From: a virus
Reading direction: 5' to 3' (one strand)
IMG/VR virus record: IMGVR_UViG_3300047325_000181
Coordinates: 4,855 to 68,854 of that record
Length of the DNA: 64,000 bases
Shown here in pieces: positions 18,710 to 27,985 of this stretch (positions are counted from its first letter, which is position 1; every line of letters starts with the position of its first letter). Both the position numbers and the translations under genes were made by a program. The notes under the pieces were generated by a model. It was not told where the DNA came from. It did no database searches and worked only from the letters and a program-made list of their open reading frames with translations.

Positions 18710-19333
18710 CTAGCGCATCAGCAGCGGCGCGAGCGCCTTCCCGATGCGCGCTTGACCTTGCTCGGTCGGGTGGACCTCGTCCGTGAAGTCGGCCGGGTTG
18801 TAGTAGGGCCCGGCGTTTAAGTCGAGGACTCGCGCCCCGATGCGCTGCGCCACGACCCGCTGATGCGCGGCCCAGGCGTTCGAGGCGGCCGAGAGGGCGG
18901 CAGGAGCGATGCCGAGCGGGGAACGCTGCGGGGTGGCAAGACGGCCGAGGTCGCGCACCGTCACGATGACAATGGTTGCCTTCGGCACCGTCGCCTGGAC
19001 GTGGCGGATGAGCGCGTCATAGTCGGCCTCGCGCGCCGCGAGCGTCGCTTGTCCGCGGGCGATAGGCCAAATGTCGTTTGTCCCGGCGTTGACGACCACA
19101 TAGGCCGTGGTCGGATTGAGGTACTCGGTCGCGATTTGGGCCGAGGTCCAGCCGAACTGCGCTTCATCGTCCACCGGACGACCGAGCATCTCGCCAGCCA
19201 CCTGAACGTAGCTGTCCTGGGGCGCGGTTATCGAGTCGCCGAGCGCGTCTACCGGCTGCTGGAAGGGCCGCAAGGCGCCAAGGCTGACCAGGAGGAGCGC
19301 GGCGAGGGCGGCGGTGCGGAAAAGGGTGCTCAT
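18710..19333 (-). CDS. SGNH/GDSL hydrolase with N-terminal signal-like segment
   Basis: LGDSIT (block I), NAGTND (III), DEVHP (V). Confidence 0.9.
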   Translation of the reverse strand: MSTLFRTAALAALLLVSLGALRPFQQPVDALGDSITAPQDSYVQVAGEMLGRPVDDEAQFGWTSAQIATEYLNPTTAYVVVNAGTNDIWPIARGQATLAAREADYDALIRHVQATVPKATIVIVTVRDLGRLATPQRSPLGIAPAALSAASNAWAAHQRVVAQRIGARVLDLNAGPYYNPADFTDEVHPTEQGQARIGKALAPLLMR

Positions 19334-19782
19334 ACTGCCATTATCGCCGACGGAGTCAATTCGCCCACGTCCTCGTAGTCGTCAAAGCGCTGGGACTTCC
19401 TCGACGCGCGCGCCTTGCGCGAGCCGGAACCGTACCAGCGCTTCTCGCATACCGGCCCGATGCCGCCTGCGATAGAGACCGGGTCGGTGAGTTCCCGCGA
19501 GCACATCACGCATACGCCGGTTTCCTTGCCGATGGCCTTGGCTTGCTCCAGCGTTAGCCGGTCGGCCGCGCAGAGCGAGTAGATAGCGCCCGCCTGGTAC
19601 TCCCAGCGGCCCTCTACGTCGGCCTTCGCGTAGGGCAGGCCGGACGTTTTGGAGAGTTGGACCTTGTAGAGCTTGCCGCCGCGGCGATACACGCCGGGCT
19701 CAGTGACCGGCGGAGCCGTCGAGCGCAGGTTCGCTTCCAGGTCGTCGAGGTAGGTGGCTAAGTCGTTTGCATTCATAATCAT
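19330..19782 (-). CDS. DUF6011-like zinc-ribbon protein
   Basis: CVMCSRELTDPVSIAGGIGPVC; GGAGG SD; own promoter. Confidence 0.75.
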   Translation of the reverse strand: MIMNANDLATYLDDLEANLRSTAPPVTEPGVYRRGGKLYKVQLSKTSGLPYAKADVEGRWEYQAGAIYSLCAADRLTLEQAKAIGKETGVCVMCSRELTDPVSIAGGIGPVCEKRWYGSGSRKARASRKSQRFDDYEDVGELTPSAIMAV

Positions 19783-19798
19783 TTCAACCTCCACTGGT

Positions 19799-19827
19799 AT
19801 TGTATACCAGCGCGCTGGAAATGTCAA
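19799..19827 (-). promoter_or_regulatory. Early-type promoter with spacer operator inside tail operon
   Basis: TTGACA-TTTCCAGCGCGCTGGTA-TACAAT. Confidence 0.9.
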
Positions 19828-19844
19828 CCGACCGGGCTCAATCC

Positions 19845-20750
19845 TTAGAGCGCCTGGGTATTCACCGTTCCCACGGGCGGGGTCGCAGGCATCGTCGTGG
19901 TCCCGCTTACGCTGCCGCCGGTCTGGACGCCGTTGTGCTGGTGCTCGTTGAAGACGCGGGTCAGAGCTTCGAGTTCGCTCTTGAAGGCGAGTGAAGCCGT
20001 TCCTTCGCTGTCGCCGATGTTGACCGTCGGCGCGACGAGATTGATAGTCTGCGGGGCCGTGACCGTCACGACGCCGGTCGCGTCGATAGTCACCTCGGCG
20101 CCGCTCGGGGTCTGGAGCGTGATGACGCACTGCCCGTCTTCGGGCTCGTCGATGATGAGATACTCCCCGGCGGGCATCTGGAGGCTGAGCTTCGCGCGCG
20201 TCGGGGGCGGCGGCACGTACCCCTCGGGCGGGTTCGTGCCGGGGTCGGGGTAGCCCGGCGGCGGGTACTCGGTCAACTCAAGGAGAGCGCCTGAATTGAA
20301 GGCGAGGTCGAAGATGACAGGCGAGCCGCCGTCCGGCCCGGCCTGCTGCGGCGTCGAGCCGTAGTTGCGGAAGCGGAGATAGGCGAGCGTCTCGTCGTGG
20401 TGCATGACGAGGTCGTCCGGCATTTCCATCGCCGCGGGGAGCGGGTCGGCGTAGAGCGGAGCCGTCGTCGGGTCGTCCTGGTTGAAGATGTGGTTGAGCG
20501 CGGTTGCGAACTTCGGCGAGCCGTTGATGCAGAGGATGCCGACCTGCATGCCGAGCCGCGCGTTGCGCGTCAGACCGGCCGGACAGAACCATGGAATCTG
20601 CTGTGCGAGCCAACCGCTATGCAGTGGCAAGACATCGACGGAGAGCAGGCCGCGGTACATGCCGGTCGTGCTTATCGGGTAGACCTTCGTCACGCTCCCG
20701 GTCACGAAGTACGGCGCCTCGAAGAGCGAGGTGCGATGATTGACGCCCAC
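19845..20750 (-). CDS. Baseplate central spike (gpV/gp45-like)
   Basis: C-terminal NEHQH..G double-His tip motif; TAGTG overlap with hub gene. Confidence 0.8.
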   Translation of the reverse strand: MGVNHRTSLFEAPYFVTGSVTKVYPISTTGMYRGLLSVDVLPLHSGWLAQQIPWFCPAGLTRNARLGMQVGILCINGSPKFATALNHIFNQDDPTTAPLYADPLPAAMEMPDDLVMHHDETLAYLRFRNYGSTPQQAGPDGGSPVIFDLAFNSGALLELTEYPPPGYPDPGTNPPEGYVPPPPTRAKLSLQMPAGEYLIIDEPEDGQCVITLQTPSGAEVTIDATGVVTVTAPQTINLVAPTVNIGDSEGTASLAFKSELEALTRVFNEHQHNGVQTGGSVSGTTTMPATPPVGTVNTQAL

Positions 20751-22189
20751 TACTTGCCCCCCGGGAACCGAAGCGAGAGCGATGTTCTCCACTCTTCGCC
20801 ATAGGTCGCCTGATGCTCGATGCGCTCGATGTACCAGATTTGATTCGTCGTCGCGCCCTTCGCCGTCGTCACCGGCACGAGGATGCGGTCGCCGACGCGC
20901 CACGCCGTCGTGCCGCGGATGACGAGATGCCCGCGGAAGAGGCTATTGTGATATAGCTGAATGGCGGGAAACAGGACGTTGGCATCGGCAATCGTCACGG
21001 CATAGAAAGCCGAGAACTCACCATAGCGGTACCCGTATGTCTCGACGATGTCCGTTCCGGTCAACGCCGGATTGACACCTCCCTCCCCGCCGCCCGTCAC
21101 GCCGCCCGCAAATCCGAGGCTCGCCGAATAGCCCTTCATCGCAACGATAGACGTCTGCGCCGCGAGCGCGCCCTGCGGGTAGACGACGAGGAACGTGATG
21201 AGGTTCGCATCGGAGATGCTTACTTCAAAGTGATAGATGTCGGCCGCAGTAAGTTGCCCAACGGCGGGCTTCGTCGTCCACGCCGTGACGGCGTTGTCGA
21301 AAATCAGTTGCCCGATTTCGTTCACGAAGAGACGGAAAGCGGGGGCGTTCCGAATCTCCTGGACGTTCGCCCAGCCTGACCCATTCTGAACCTGGATGTT
21401 CGGAAATTGTCCTCCGAGCAGATTCGTAAAACCGGGGATGAGCGCATCGGTGCGAATCCACGAACGCCACGCAAACCCGTACTGAAGAAAGCTCGCTTCA
21501 GCACCGCTTGGGATTTGCGCATCGGCAGAGCTTGCCGCATTCACGTCTTTGGAAACGACGAGGTCGAGCATCTTTGTGACGAGTTGCGTTCCCGATGCGG
21601 CCCCCGTGTTCGCAAGCGTAATCGGCGTCGCGAAGTAGCCGGACTCGCCTGCGGTCGAGACGGCAGGGACGTTCGCATCGTTCATGTCGAGTATTTTTGT
21701 CAGGTCGCGTCCACTGAGCGAAATGTGCGCATCGGGATGCTCGCTCATCGAAGCGACCACTTCGACCGCGGAGTCCACGACGCCAATCATAACGCACGTC
21801 GCACTGCCGAGCGCTCCGATGGTCTCGATGTCCGCATACGTGAGATTGAGATTAAGGTCGGTCAGCGTCGAGCCGAGCGGGCCGAGCGGCACTGTGCTCG
21901 GATTATCGTCGCGGTCGCGGTACGCATAAATGGCGACGAGGTCCATCGGCCCCATGATGCTCGCGTAGTCCTTGACAAGCGGACTCGGCTGACCTGTAAT
22001 GCTATACGGGTTGGTGTACGGCATGGTGAGACTAAACTGGCCGGAATCACCCGTGTCATCCTTACTCGTATTCCACTCGAAGAGGTCGTAGAAGGCGTAG
22101 ACGGTCTCCGTCCACGGCGAGAGAATGACGGCACACCACTTGACCTTATCCTGGCCTTCGTAGGGCCCATATTGACGCGAGCTATTCAC
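20750..22189 (-). CDS. Baseplate hub-like protein
   Basis: ISLSGRDLTKILD; position between tape measure cluster and spike. Confidence 0.7.
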   Translation of the reverse strand: MNSSRQYGPYEGQDKVKWCAVILSPWTETVYAFYDLFEWNTSKDDTGDSGQFSLTMPYTNPYSITGQPSPLVKDYASIMGPMDLVAIYAYRDRDDNPSTVPLGPLGSTLTDLNLNLTYADIETIGALGSATCVMIGVVDSAVEVVASMSEHPDAHISLSGRDLTKILDMNDANVPAVSTAGESGYFATPITLANTGAASGTQLVTKMLDLVVSKDVNAASSADAQIPSGAEASFLQYGFAWRSWIRTDALIPGFTNLLGGQFPNIQVQNGSGWANVQEIRNAPAFRLFVNEIGQLIFDNAVTAWTTKPAVGQLTAADIYHFEVSISDANLITFLVVYPQGALAAQTSIVAMKGYSASLGFAGGVTGGGEGGVNPALTGTDIVETYGYRYGEFSAFYAVTIADANVLFPAIQLYHNSLFRGHLVIRGTTAWRVGDRILVPVTTAKGATTNQIWYIERIEHQATYGEEWRTSLSLRFPGGK

Positions 22190-22977
22190 GAGTTCGTCGC
22201 GGTATTCGCCGTCGTCAGTGAGGTGAGCGCGGCTTGCGCAGCGGCTTGCGCGGCGGCGAGCGTCGTGTCAATCGGTTGCTGTTTCATGGGCGCGATAGGG
22301 CTCGAATAGTCGAGCAGAATCGTTGCGTTGATTTTCAGGATGCCGCGGTTCGGGTTCTCCGCATCCTGCGTGAGTGAAACGCCCTCTTGCGTGATGAGAA
22401 ACGACTTCTGGGTGAACGTGTCGAGAAACTTCAACTGATACGGCGAGTCGGTCGAGTTCGGCGCGCTCATCTTCGCGACTTCGAGTTGGTCGAAGAACTG
22501 CTGCACCTGCGCACCGGGCGTCGTCGTCCAGGTAACGATTGCCTCGATGTCGAGCGTCCCGGGAGCCGTTCCGAACTCGACGACGTTGAAGCCAGCGAGT
22601 GATTGCTGGACGCTTTGACGCGCGCGCTTCTCGTAGCTGATGCGTTGCGCGAAGCCGTTGACGTTCGGCGACACGAAGACATCGAAGGTTATCATGGAAA
22701 TTGGCTTTGTGCTCAGCGACGTTTTGACGTTGCCAATCGTCACGGCATCCGTCGGTCCCGTCATGGTGGTTTGACTTGCCTGGTACAACGCGAGCGTGAA
22801 CGTGCGTTTTACGGGCGGGCTCACGGTCGTACCGAATTGCGCAGCGGTCTTCGCCGTCGCAACGAGCGAGGCGTTTCGCACGGACGAGGCGACCTGCTGA
22901 GCGGCCGCATAAACGGCCTGCGCGCGCTGGTCGTAGATGTAGACGAGTTGCTGACCGATATTACTAAGAAAACTCAT
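22186..22977 (-). CDS. Tail tube initiator-like protein
   Basis: Directly after tape measure; ATGA overlap. Confidence 0.55.
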   Translation of the reverse strand: MSFLSNIGQQLVYIYDQRAQAVYAAAQQVASSVRNASLVATAKTAAQFGTTVSPPVKRTFTLALYQASQTTMTGPTDAVTIGNVKTSLSTKPISMITFDVFVSPNVNGFAQRISYEKRARQSVQQSLAGFNVVEFGTAPGTLDIEAIVTWTTTPGAQVQQFFDQLEVAKMSAPNSTDSPYQLKFLDTFTQKSFLITQEGVSLTQDAENPNRGILKINATILLDYSSPIAPMKQQPIDTTLAAAQAAAQAALTSLTTANTATNS

Positions 22978-25100
22978 CGCCCACTCCATGCTTGCGTCGG
23001 CCGGTTCGAGATGCGAGACCCTGCATGCGGCCCCCGATGGTCTTGGACGAAGTGCGCCTTCACCACGAGGTGACCGCCTGGGACCGCCACCTTCGAGACT
23101 CCGTTCAGCGTCCCGACCAAGCGGTCCCGGTAGTCGTCGGTTCCAGCGGCATTCCGGTCGCCCGCGTTATAGAGGCCGCCGACAGCGCGCACGTCGTGAT
23201 GCGCTTTCCACTCATCCGCTATGATACTGGCCGCGAGCATCGCCGACTCGCCGACGTTCATCCCGTTGTGATGCGTCTTGAGCCAGGCGCCCCACGTCCG
23301 GTCGTCAATCTGAAAATAGCCGTGACCGTGCCCGAAGTCCCCGAGCGCGTTTTGCGGGGTTCCCTGCCACTCTTGGGTCGCGAGCGCCGCGAGAAGTGAC
23401 GGGGGGATGCCGTACTTCTTGGCCGCCGCGTTGATTTCGCTCGCATGCGGACCAGTCACCGGGATGTTGCGGGCGAGCCCATCGGCCGCCATATTACTGA
23501 GGCCCTGCCCGCGGAGTTGCAGGTACGTCGCCGCGGCGCCGAAGGGGTTGCCCTTCCCGAAGTTCTGGAACTCCGAGTCGCCGGTGCGGATATGCTGGTA
23601 CTCGTCGTAGAGACCGAAGGCAATCGCGGCCGGAGCGGCGGCACGGCCGAGGACCCGCGCCGCGCCGCCGATGCCGACGGGGAGATTGACGGCCTTCCCG
23701 ACGAGGACGGCCGCCACAATCGCGGCGCCCGTCTCGTACACGGCTTTCGTCGTTGGGTCCATGCCCTGGAAGGCGTCCCAGCCCTTGACGAGATTATCGA
23801 GGAGCTTCACCCCGTTGCCAGTCATCGAGTTCTCGATGCCCGCAACGCCTGCGAGAATCTGGCCGGACGGCGTCGCCATCGCTTGCTCAGCGCGCGAGAG
23901 ATTCATGCCCGCAGGCGTGTTGTTGATGTTCCAGGAGTGACCGTTTGCGTTGTAGAGCGCGCGCAGCGTCCGGCCGCCAGCCTGGCCAAAGTAGCCGGTC
24001 AGATTCGCAGCACCCCGAATACCGTTCGGGTCCCCGTACGTCGTGGTCATGTAGTTCAGGAGCTTGAACGAGTTGGCGTTATTCGGACCCGTCTCACCGT
24101 AAATGACATCGAGCGGGCTGATGCCAGCGCGGTACATCATGCCCGCGCGCCGGACGTCGGAGTTCCCGCCTTCCATCGCGCCGGTGATGGTATTGTACGT
24201 GGCCATTGCGCCAGCAGACGTGCCGAAGTAGCCGCCGAGTTGCCCCATGCGCGCCATGAAAGCGGCGGGGCCTGCGACCGACTGATTGAGGTCGGGGTTA
24301 GAATATTGAAGCGTCGCGAGCGCCGAGTCGATGGCTCCGATAATGTCGGCGCCGCCGTTCCGGCGACCGAACGCGCCGCCGCTTTCGACCGCTCCGAAGA
24401 GGTCGTTCGTCGCGCTCTGCCAGCTTTGCCCGTTGAGCGCCGTCGTCGCCCCGACGTACCCAGCGACCTGTCCCGGCTCTAGACCGTACGCGCGAGCGAC
24501 CTGCGCGAAAACCTTCGCTTGCGCAGCGGGATTCGAGGGCATGGCGGCGCCTGACGACTGGCCATAAATGGTCATGGCATCGACCATCGTCTGCGCATTG
24601 TAGCCATAGCGCTGGCCTTGATAGGCGGCCGACTGGAGGCGGCTGATGTTCCCCGTGAACCCGGCGCCCATACCGACCGAGAGAGCCGCTGCGGCCTTGA
24701 CGGAGGCCTGCTCGAAGGCGTAGGCCATGCGCAGCGACTGGCCGACGATGACACCGACCGCCGTGACTGCCGCGCCGACCGACGTGATGCCGATAAGGCT
24801 CCCGAGCGAACCGCCGATGCCCGAGGAGCGAACGACGGTGGAAGCGAGGTTTTGGAACTGGCCGCCGAGGTCTTTGACCTTTGACGTCAGGCGCCCGGCT
24901 TCGTCAGCAGACGTCCCGAAGTTCGTCTTGATGCCGCGAAGCTGCTCCGACATCCGCTGGAGCTTGACGGTCTCCTGGTCCCCGGGACCCTTGACTTGCT
25001 GGGAGGCCTTGGCCAGAGCCTCGACATCGCGCGCAAAATCGCGCAAGCGCCCTTGCGTACGGTCTACTAGGGATAGCTCAAGCTCGACTTTAGACGGCAC
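22974..25100 (-). CDS. Tape measure protein with C-terminal lysozyme-like domain
   Basis: Ala/Gly-rich; AAAKKYGIPPSLLAALATQE..GDFGHGHGYFQID..YNAG. Confidence 0.85.
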   Translation of the reverse strand: MPSKVELELSLVDRTQGRLRDFARDVEALAKASQQVKGPGDQETVKLQRMSEQLRGIKTNFGTSADEAGRLTSKVKDLGGQFQNLASTVVRSSGIGGSLGSLIGITSVGAAVTAVGVIVGQSLRMAYAFEQASVKAAAALSVGMGAGFTGNISRLQSAAYQGQRYGYNAQTMVDAMTIYGQSSGAAMPSNPAAQAKVFAQVARAYGLEPGQVAGYVGATTALNGQSWQSATNDLFGAVESGGAFGRRNGGADIIGAIDSALATLQYSNPDLNQSVAGPAAFMARMGQLGGYFGTSAGAMATYNTITGAMEGGNSDVRRAGMMYRAGISPLDVIYGETGPNNANSFKLLNYMTTTYGDPNGIRGAANLTGYFGQAGGRTLRALYNANGHSWNINNTPAGMNLSRAEQAMATPSGQILAGVAGIENSMTGNGVKLLDNLVKGWDAFQGMDPTTKAVYETGAAIVAAVLVGKAVNLPVGIGGAARVLGRAAAPAAIAFGLYDEYQHIRTGDSEFQNFGKGNPFGAAATYLQLRGQGLSNMAADGLARNIPVTGPHASEINAAAKKYGIPPSLLAALATQEWQGTPQNALGDFGHGHGYFQIDDRTWGAWLKTHHNGMNVGESAMLAASIIADEWKAHHDVRAVGGLYNAGDRNAAGTDDYRDRLVGTLNGVSKVAVPGGHLVVKAHFVQDHRGPHAGSRISNRPTQAWSGR

Positions 25101-25112
25101 GGGACCCTCGCA

Positions 25113-25372
25113 CTAGGTGCCTTTGGTTTTCCTCCGGGCGGCTTCGAGCACCCGCTCGAAGACCGCGCTATTGCCGCGCTTCACACTGAAGGAGCGGCCC
25201 GGTCCCGCCCTCGCGCTCCGCTCGCGCACGGCAAGCTCCGCTTCGCATAAGTCGAAAAGCGCGTAGTGAACCGCGGTCCAGCAGGACGTCGGCACGGGCT
25301 GCCCTGCTTTAAGATGAGTCAGGTGTTGCCCGAGGAGAAAGCCGCCTAAGTCACCCGACTGTAGTAAAAAGC
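25113..25372 (-). CDS. Tail assembly chaperone gpT-like extension (likely reached by -1 frameshift)
   Basis: Open in the -1 frame across the end of 25346-26074, no own ATG, just before tape measure. Confidence 0.5.
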
Positions 25373-26074
25373 AATTTCGTCTCGCGTCGGCTGGACCTCG
25401 ATTTTCCACTTCGAGTAGGCCTGGAAGAGCGGGATGATTTCGTCCTCGGTGACGTACGGGTCGCGCGAGTCGAGCCAGTCTTTTGGCTGCATTTGCGGCC
25501 ACTGCTTCGGGTCGTTAATATGGGCCCGGAACATCTGGACCTCGGGGCTGTTCAGCGGGTACCAGCCGATAATGGCCTTGAGGAGTTCGCCGACGATGCC
25601 GTACAGGATGTCGCCGTCGCTCACCTCGCGCCCGACCGCATGCGCGCCGCGCTGCACGTCGAGCATCTCGTTCTGGGTCGGGAATCGCCCGACGAAGAAC
25701 TTATTCCGCGCTTCGAGGGCGAAGGTGAAAATCGGACCGCGCAGCTTCGGGTCGAGGAAGCGCGCGACCTTATCGAAGATGGCCTGCTGGGCCTCCTCCG
25801 ACTGCTTCTCGATGTCACCCGAGACGGCGGTCTCGCCGTGCTTGTCGAGGACGCGCATCGGAGCGCCGCTCGCGAGCTTCTCCTCGGCCATGGCTTGCAG
25901 GTTTTCGAGTTGACCGATGAGGTCGGTCTTCGCACCCTTGGTAATGCCGGTGTCGGGCTCGACGGAGCCGTCCGGCCGCACGGCTTTCGGGTTACGCGGT
26001 GCGCGCGGCGGCTTCGGGGCCATACCGCCGGACTCGCCTTGCTGCGCAAGAATCTCGGAGGGCTTCTGACTCAT
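25346..26074 (-). CDS. Tail assembly chaperone (gpG-like)
   Basis: Position between tube and tape measure. Confidence 0.65.
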   Translation of the reverse strand: MSQKPSEILAQQGESGGMAPKPPRAPRNPKAVRPDGSVEPDTGITKGAKTDLIGQLENLQAMAEEKLASGAPMRVLDKHGETAVSGDIEKQSEEAQQAIFDKVARFLDPKLRGPIFTFALEARNKFFVGRFPTQNEMLDVQRGAHAVGREVSDGDILYGIVGELLKAIIGWYPLNSPEVQMFRAHINDPKQWPQMQPKDWLDSRDPYVTEDEIIPLFQAYSKWKIEVQPTRDEIAFYYSRVT

Positions 26075-26841
26075 GCCTGACTTCTTTCGATGGTTGCTGA
26101 CTTTTCCTTGTACCGGCTTCGCGTGATGGCCCGAAACTTCTCGGGGTTGGCGGCGTATGCGCGCCGCTGGTAGTCGCGCTTGCTGGCGAGGTGAAGTTCG
26201 GGATTCTCCGCTTTCCAGCGGTCACGCCGGTCGCGAGCGCAAAGAACGCAACGCCCGGGACCGTCTTTCGGGTGCAACCCCTTACCGCAGAGCTTCGCGG
26301 TCTCGGCCTTCTTGTGGTTATCGAAGAGCGACGGCGTTGCATCGGGCGGCACGAGGTGCTTCTTCTTCGAGTTGCACGAGCGGCAAAGCGGCTGGATGTT
26401 GTACGCAAAGTCGGTGCCGCCCGCAATGAGCGGCACGATGTGGTCGCGCGTCAATTTGCTCGGCTTCTTGCAGTGCGCGCAACGGTTACCGTGCTTTTCG
26501 AGAATGGCGAGCCACTCGGCTTCGGTGTGCGAGCCCATCGCTTGGCGCTCACGGTTGCGGCGGAGGCGTCCGGCGGCCTTGACGTACGCGGGGTTTTCCT
26601 GGCGAAACTGACGAGAGCGCTCGCGCTCCGGCTCGGGATTTTCCGCATACCGCTGGCGGCGCTCGGCGTTCGTCTTTTCAGCGACGCGACGAGCGTACTC
26701 GCGCTTCGTCCTACGCTTCTTCTCTGCATTCGCAAGGCGCCACGCCTTATCCATAGCGCGATGACATTGGACGCAGTAGCCGTCGCTCGGGCGACGAGCA
26801 TTCGGGACGTCTAGGTCGTGAAGCCCTTTCGGACATAGCAT
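26071..26841 (-). CDS. Free-standing HNH endonuclease
   Basis: RCAHC..LTRDHIVPLIAGGTD..NIQPLCRSCNSKK; terminal C-x-KGLH..CxxC repeats. Confidence 0.9.
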   Translation of the reverse strand: MLCPKGLHDLDVPNARRPSDGYCVQCHRAMDKAWRLANAEKKRRTKREYARRVAEKTNAERRQRYAENPEPERERSRQFRQENPAYVKAAGRLRRNRERQAMGSHTEAEWLAILEKHGNRCAHCKKPSKLTRDHIVPLIAGGTDFAYNIQPLCRSCNSKKKHLVPPDATPSLFDNHKKAETAKLCGKGLHPKDGPGRCVLCARDRRDRWKAENPELHLASKRDYQRRAYAANPEKFRAITRSRYKEKSATIERSQA

Positions 26842-26895
26842 AAGACCGACTTCGCAGCCGGTCTCACTGACTCCTTCAGTCCATAGTAGTGCGTA

Positions 26896-27408
26896 CTATT
26901 CACACCATCTTATTGCAATTTGCGCATCTTCCATGATGATGACGCCGTCGATGTCGACTGCGCGACGCAGTGACATCAGGACGCAATCGTGGTAGACGTT
27001 GAGCGCGTTCGAGTTCACGTCGAGTTCGACGATGTTGAAGTAGAACTGCGTGAAGTCCGCGTTCGCCTGGTACTGCCCGACGACCGGCCGGATGCCGCCG
27101 CCGAATGCCGTCTCCAGCGTTTGGCCGAAGATGAAGCTCTTGTTGAAGCTCGCCGTCGCTTCGTAGACGCCCGGGATGATGGCGACCGAAACCGCCCCGC
27201 CGATGGCGCGAACGCGCTGCTGGTTGAACTGTTCGTCGACCGACAGCGACTTGATGAGGCCCTGAAGCTGCCCGTTGACGACGATGGCCAGATTGACCGC
27301 AGTCGAGGTATTGCCCGGGTCCGGTTGGAGACTCGACGTGAAAGCGCCCGGCACATTGAGGTTGCCGACGGCGTTTGCGATTCCGGTCTGAACTGCTCCG
27401 AAAGCCAC
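26896..27408 (-). CDS. Tail tube protein (contractile tail)
   Basis: 170 aa, downstream of sheath; GLIKSLSVDEQF..V.AIG. Confidence 0.75.
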   Translation of the reverse strand: MAFGAVQTGIANAVGNLNVPGAFTSSLQPDPGNTSTAVNLAIVVNGQLQGLIKSLSVDEQFNQQRVRAIGGAVSVAIIPGVYEATASFNKSFIFGQTLETAFGGGIRPVVGQYQANADFTQFYFNIVELDVNSNALNVYHDCVLMSLRRAVDIDGVIIMEDAQIAIRWCE

Positions 27409-27424
27409 GGTTGTTCTCCTACGA

Positions 27425-27985
27425 CTACGCCGCTACGACGCTAGGGTGAAGGCGCGATGCCTGTTTGCGATTGCAGGGCATGCATTGCCCGACGATATTC
27501 GCAGCGGAGTTACTGCCCCCGCGAGACAGGGGGACGAGATGGCCGACCGAGAGGCTCGCTTCGACGCCGCAATCGAGGCAGCGGCCGTTTTGCTTGCGCT
27601 GGATTTCACGCCACTCCGCCTTTGTAAAGGTCCCGTTGCCCTCGCGGGTGCGCCGCCGCGCCTTCTCTATGGCCCGAGCTTCGGGATGACGAGCATAGAA
27701 TCGCGCTTTTTGAGCGCGGCGCTTCTCGGGGTTCTCGGCGGCCCAACGTGCGCTCATCGCATTCCACTCTTCCCGGTGGTTCTCGCGCCAGGATTTATGG
27801 TATGCGGGCCATTCCGGCTTACTACGACGCTCAGCTTCTCCCGCAAGGCGCTTGTCGCGCGTATTCGCATAGAAAATTGAGGCCCGCGAACGGTCCAGCA
27901 GAATCGCAACGGCATCGGCGATTACCCCGACGCGCCGAAACTCGCCAATCGCCTCAAGCTCCTCGGGCGACCAAGTCTTACCCAT
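27425..27985 (-). CDS. Free-standing HNH endonuclease between sheath and tube
   Basis: RCLDC..SVGHLVPLSRGGSNSAANIVGQCMPCN; ATG overlaps sheath stop. Confidence 0.9.
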   Translation of the reverse strand: MGKTWSPEELEAIGEFRRVGVIADAVAILLDRSRASIFYANTRDKRLAGEAERRSKPEWPAYHKSWRENHREEWNAMSARWAAENPEKRRAQKARFYARHPEARAIEKARRRTREGNGTFTKAEWREIQRKQNGRCLDCGVEASLSVGHLVPLSRGGSNSAANIVGQCMPCNRKQASRLHPSVVAA

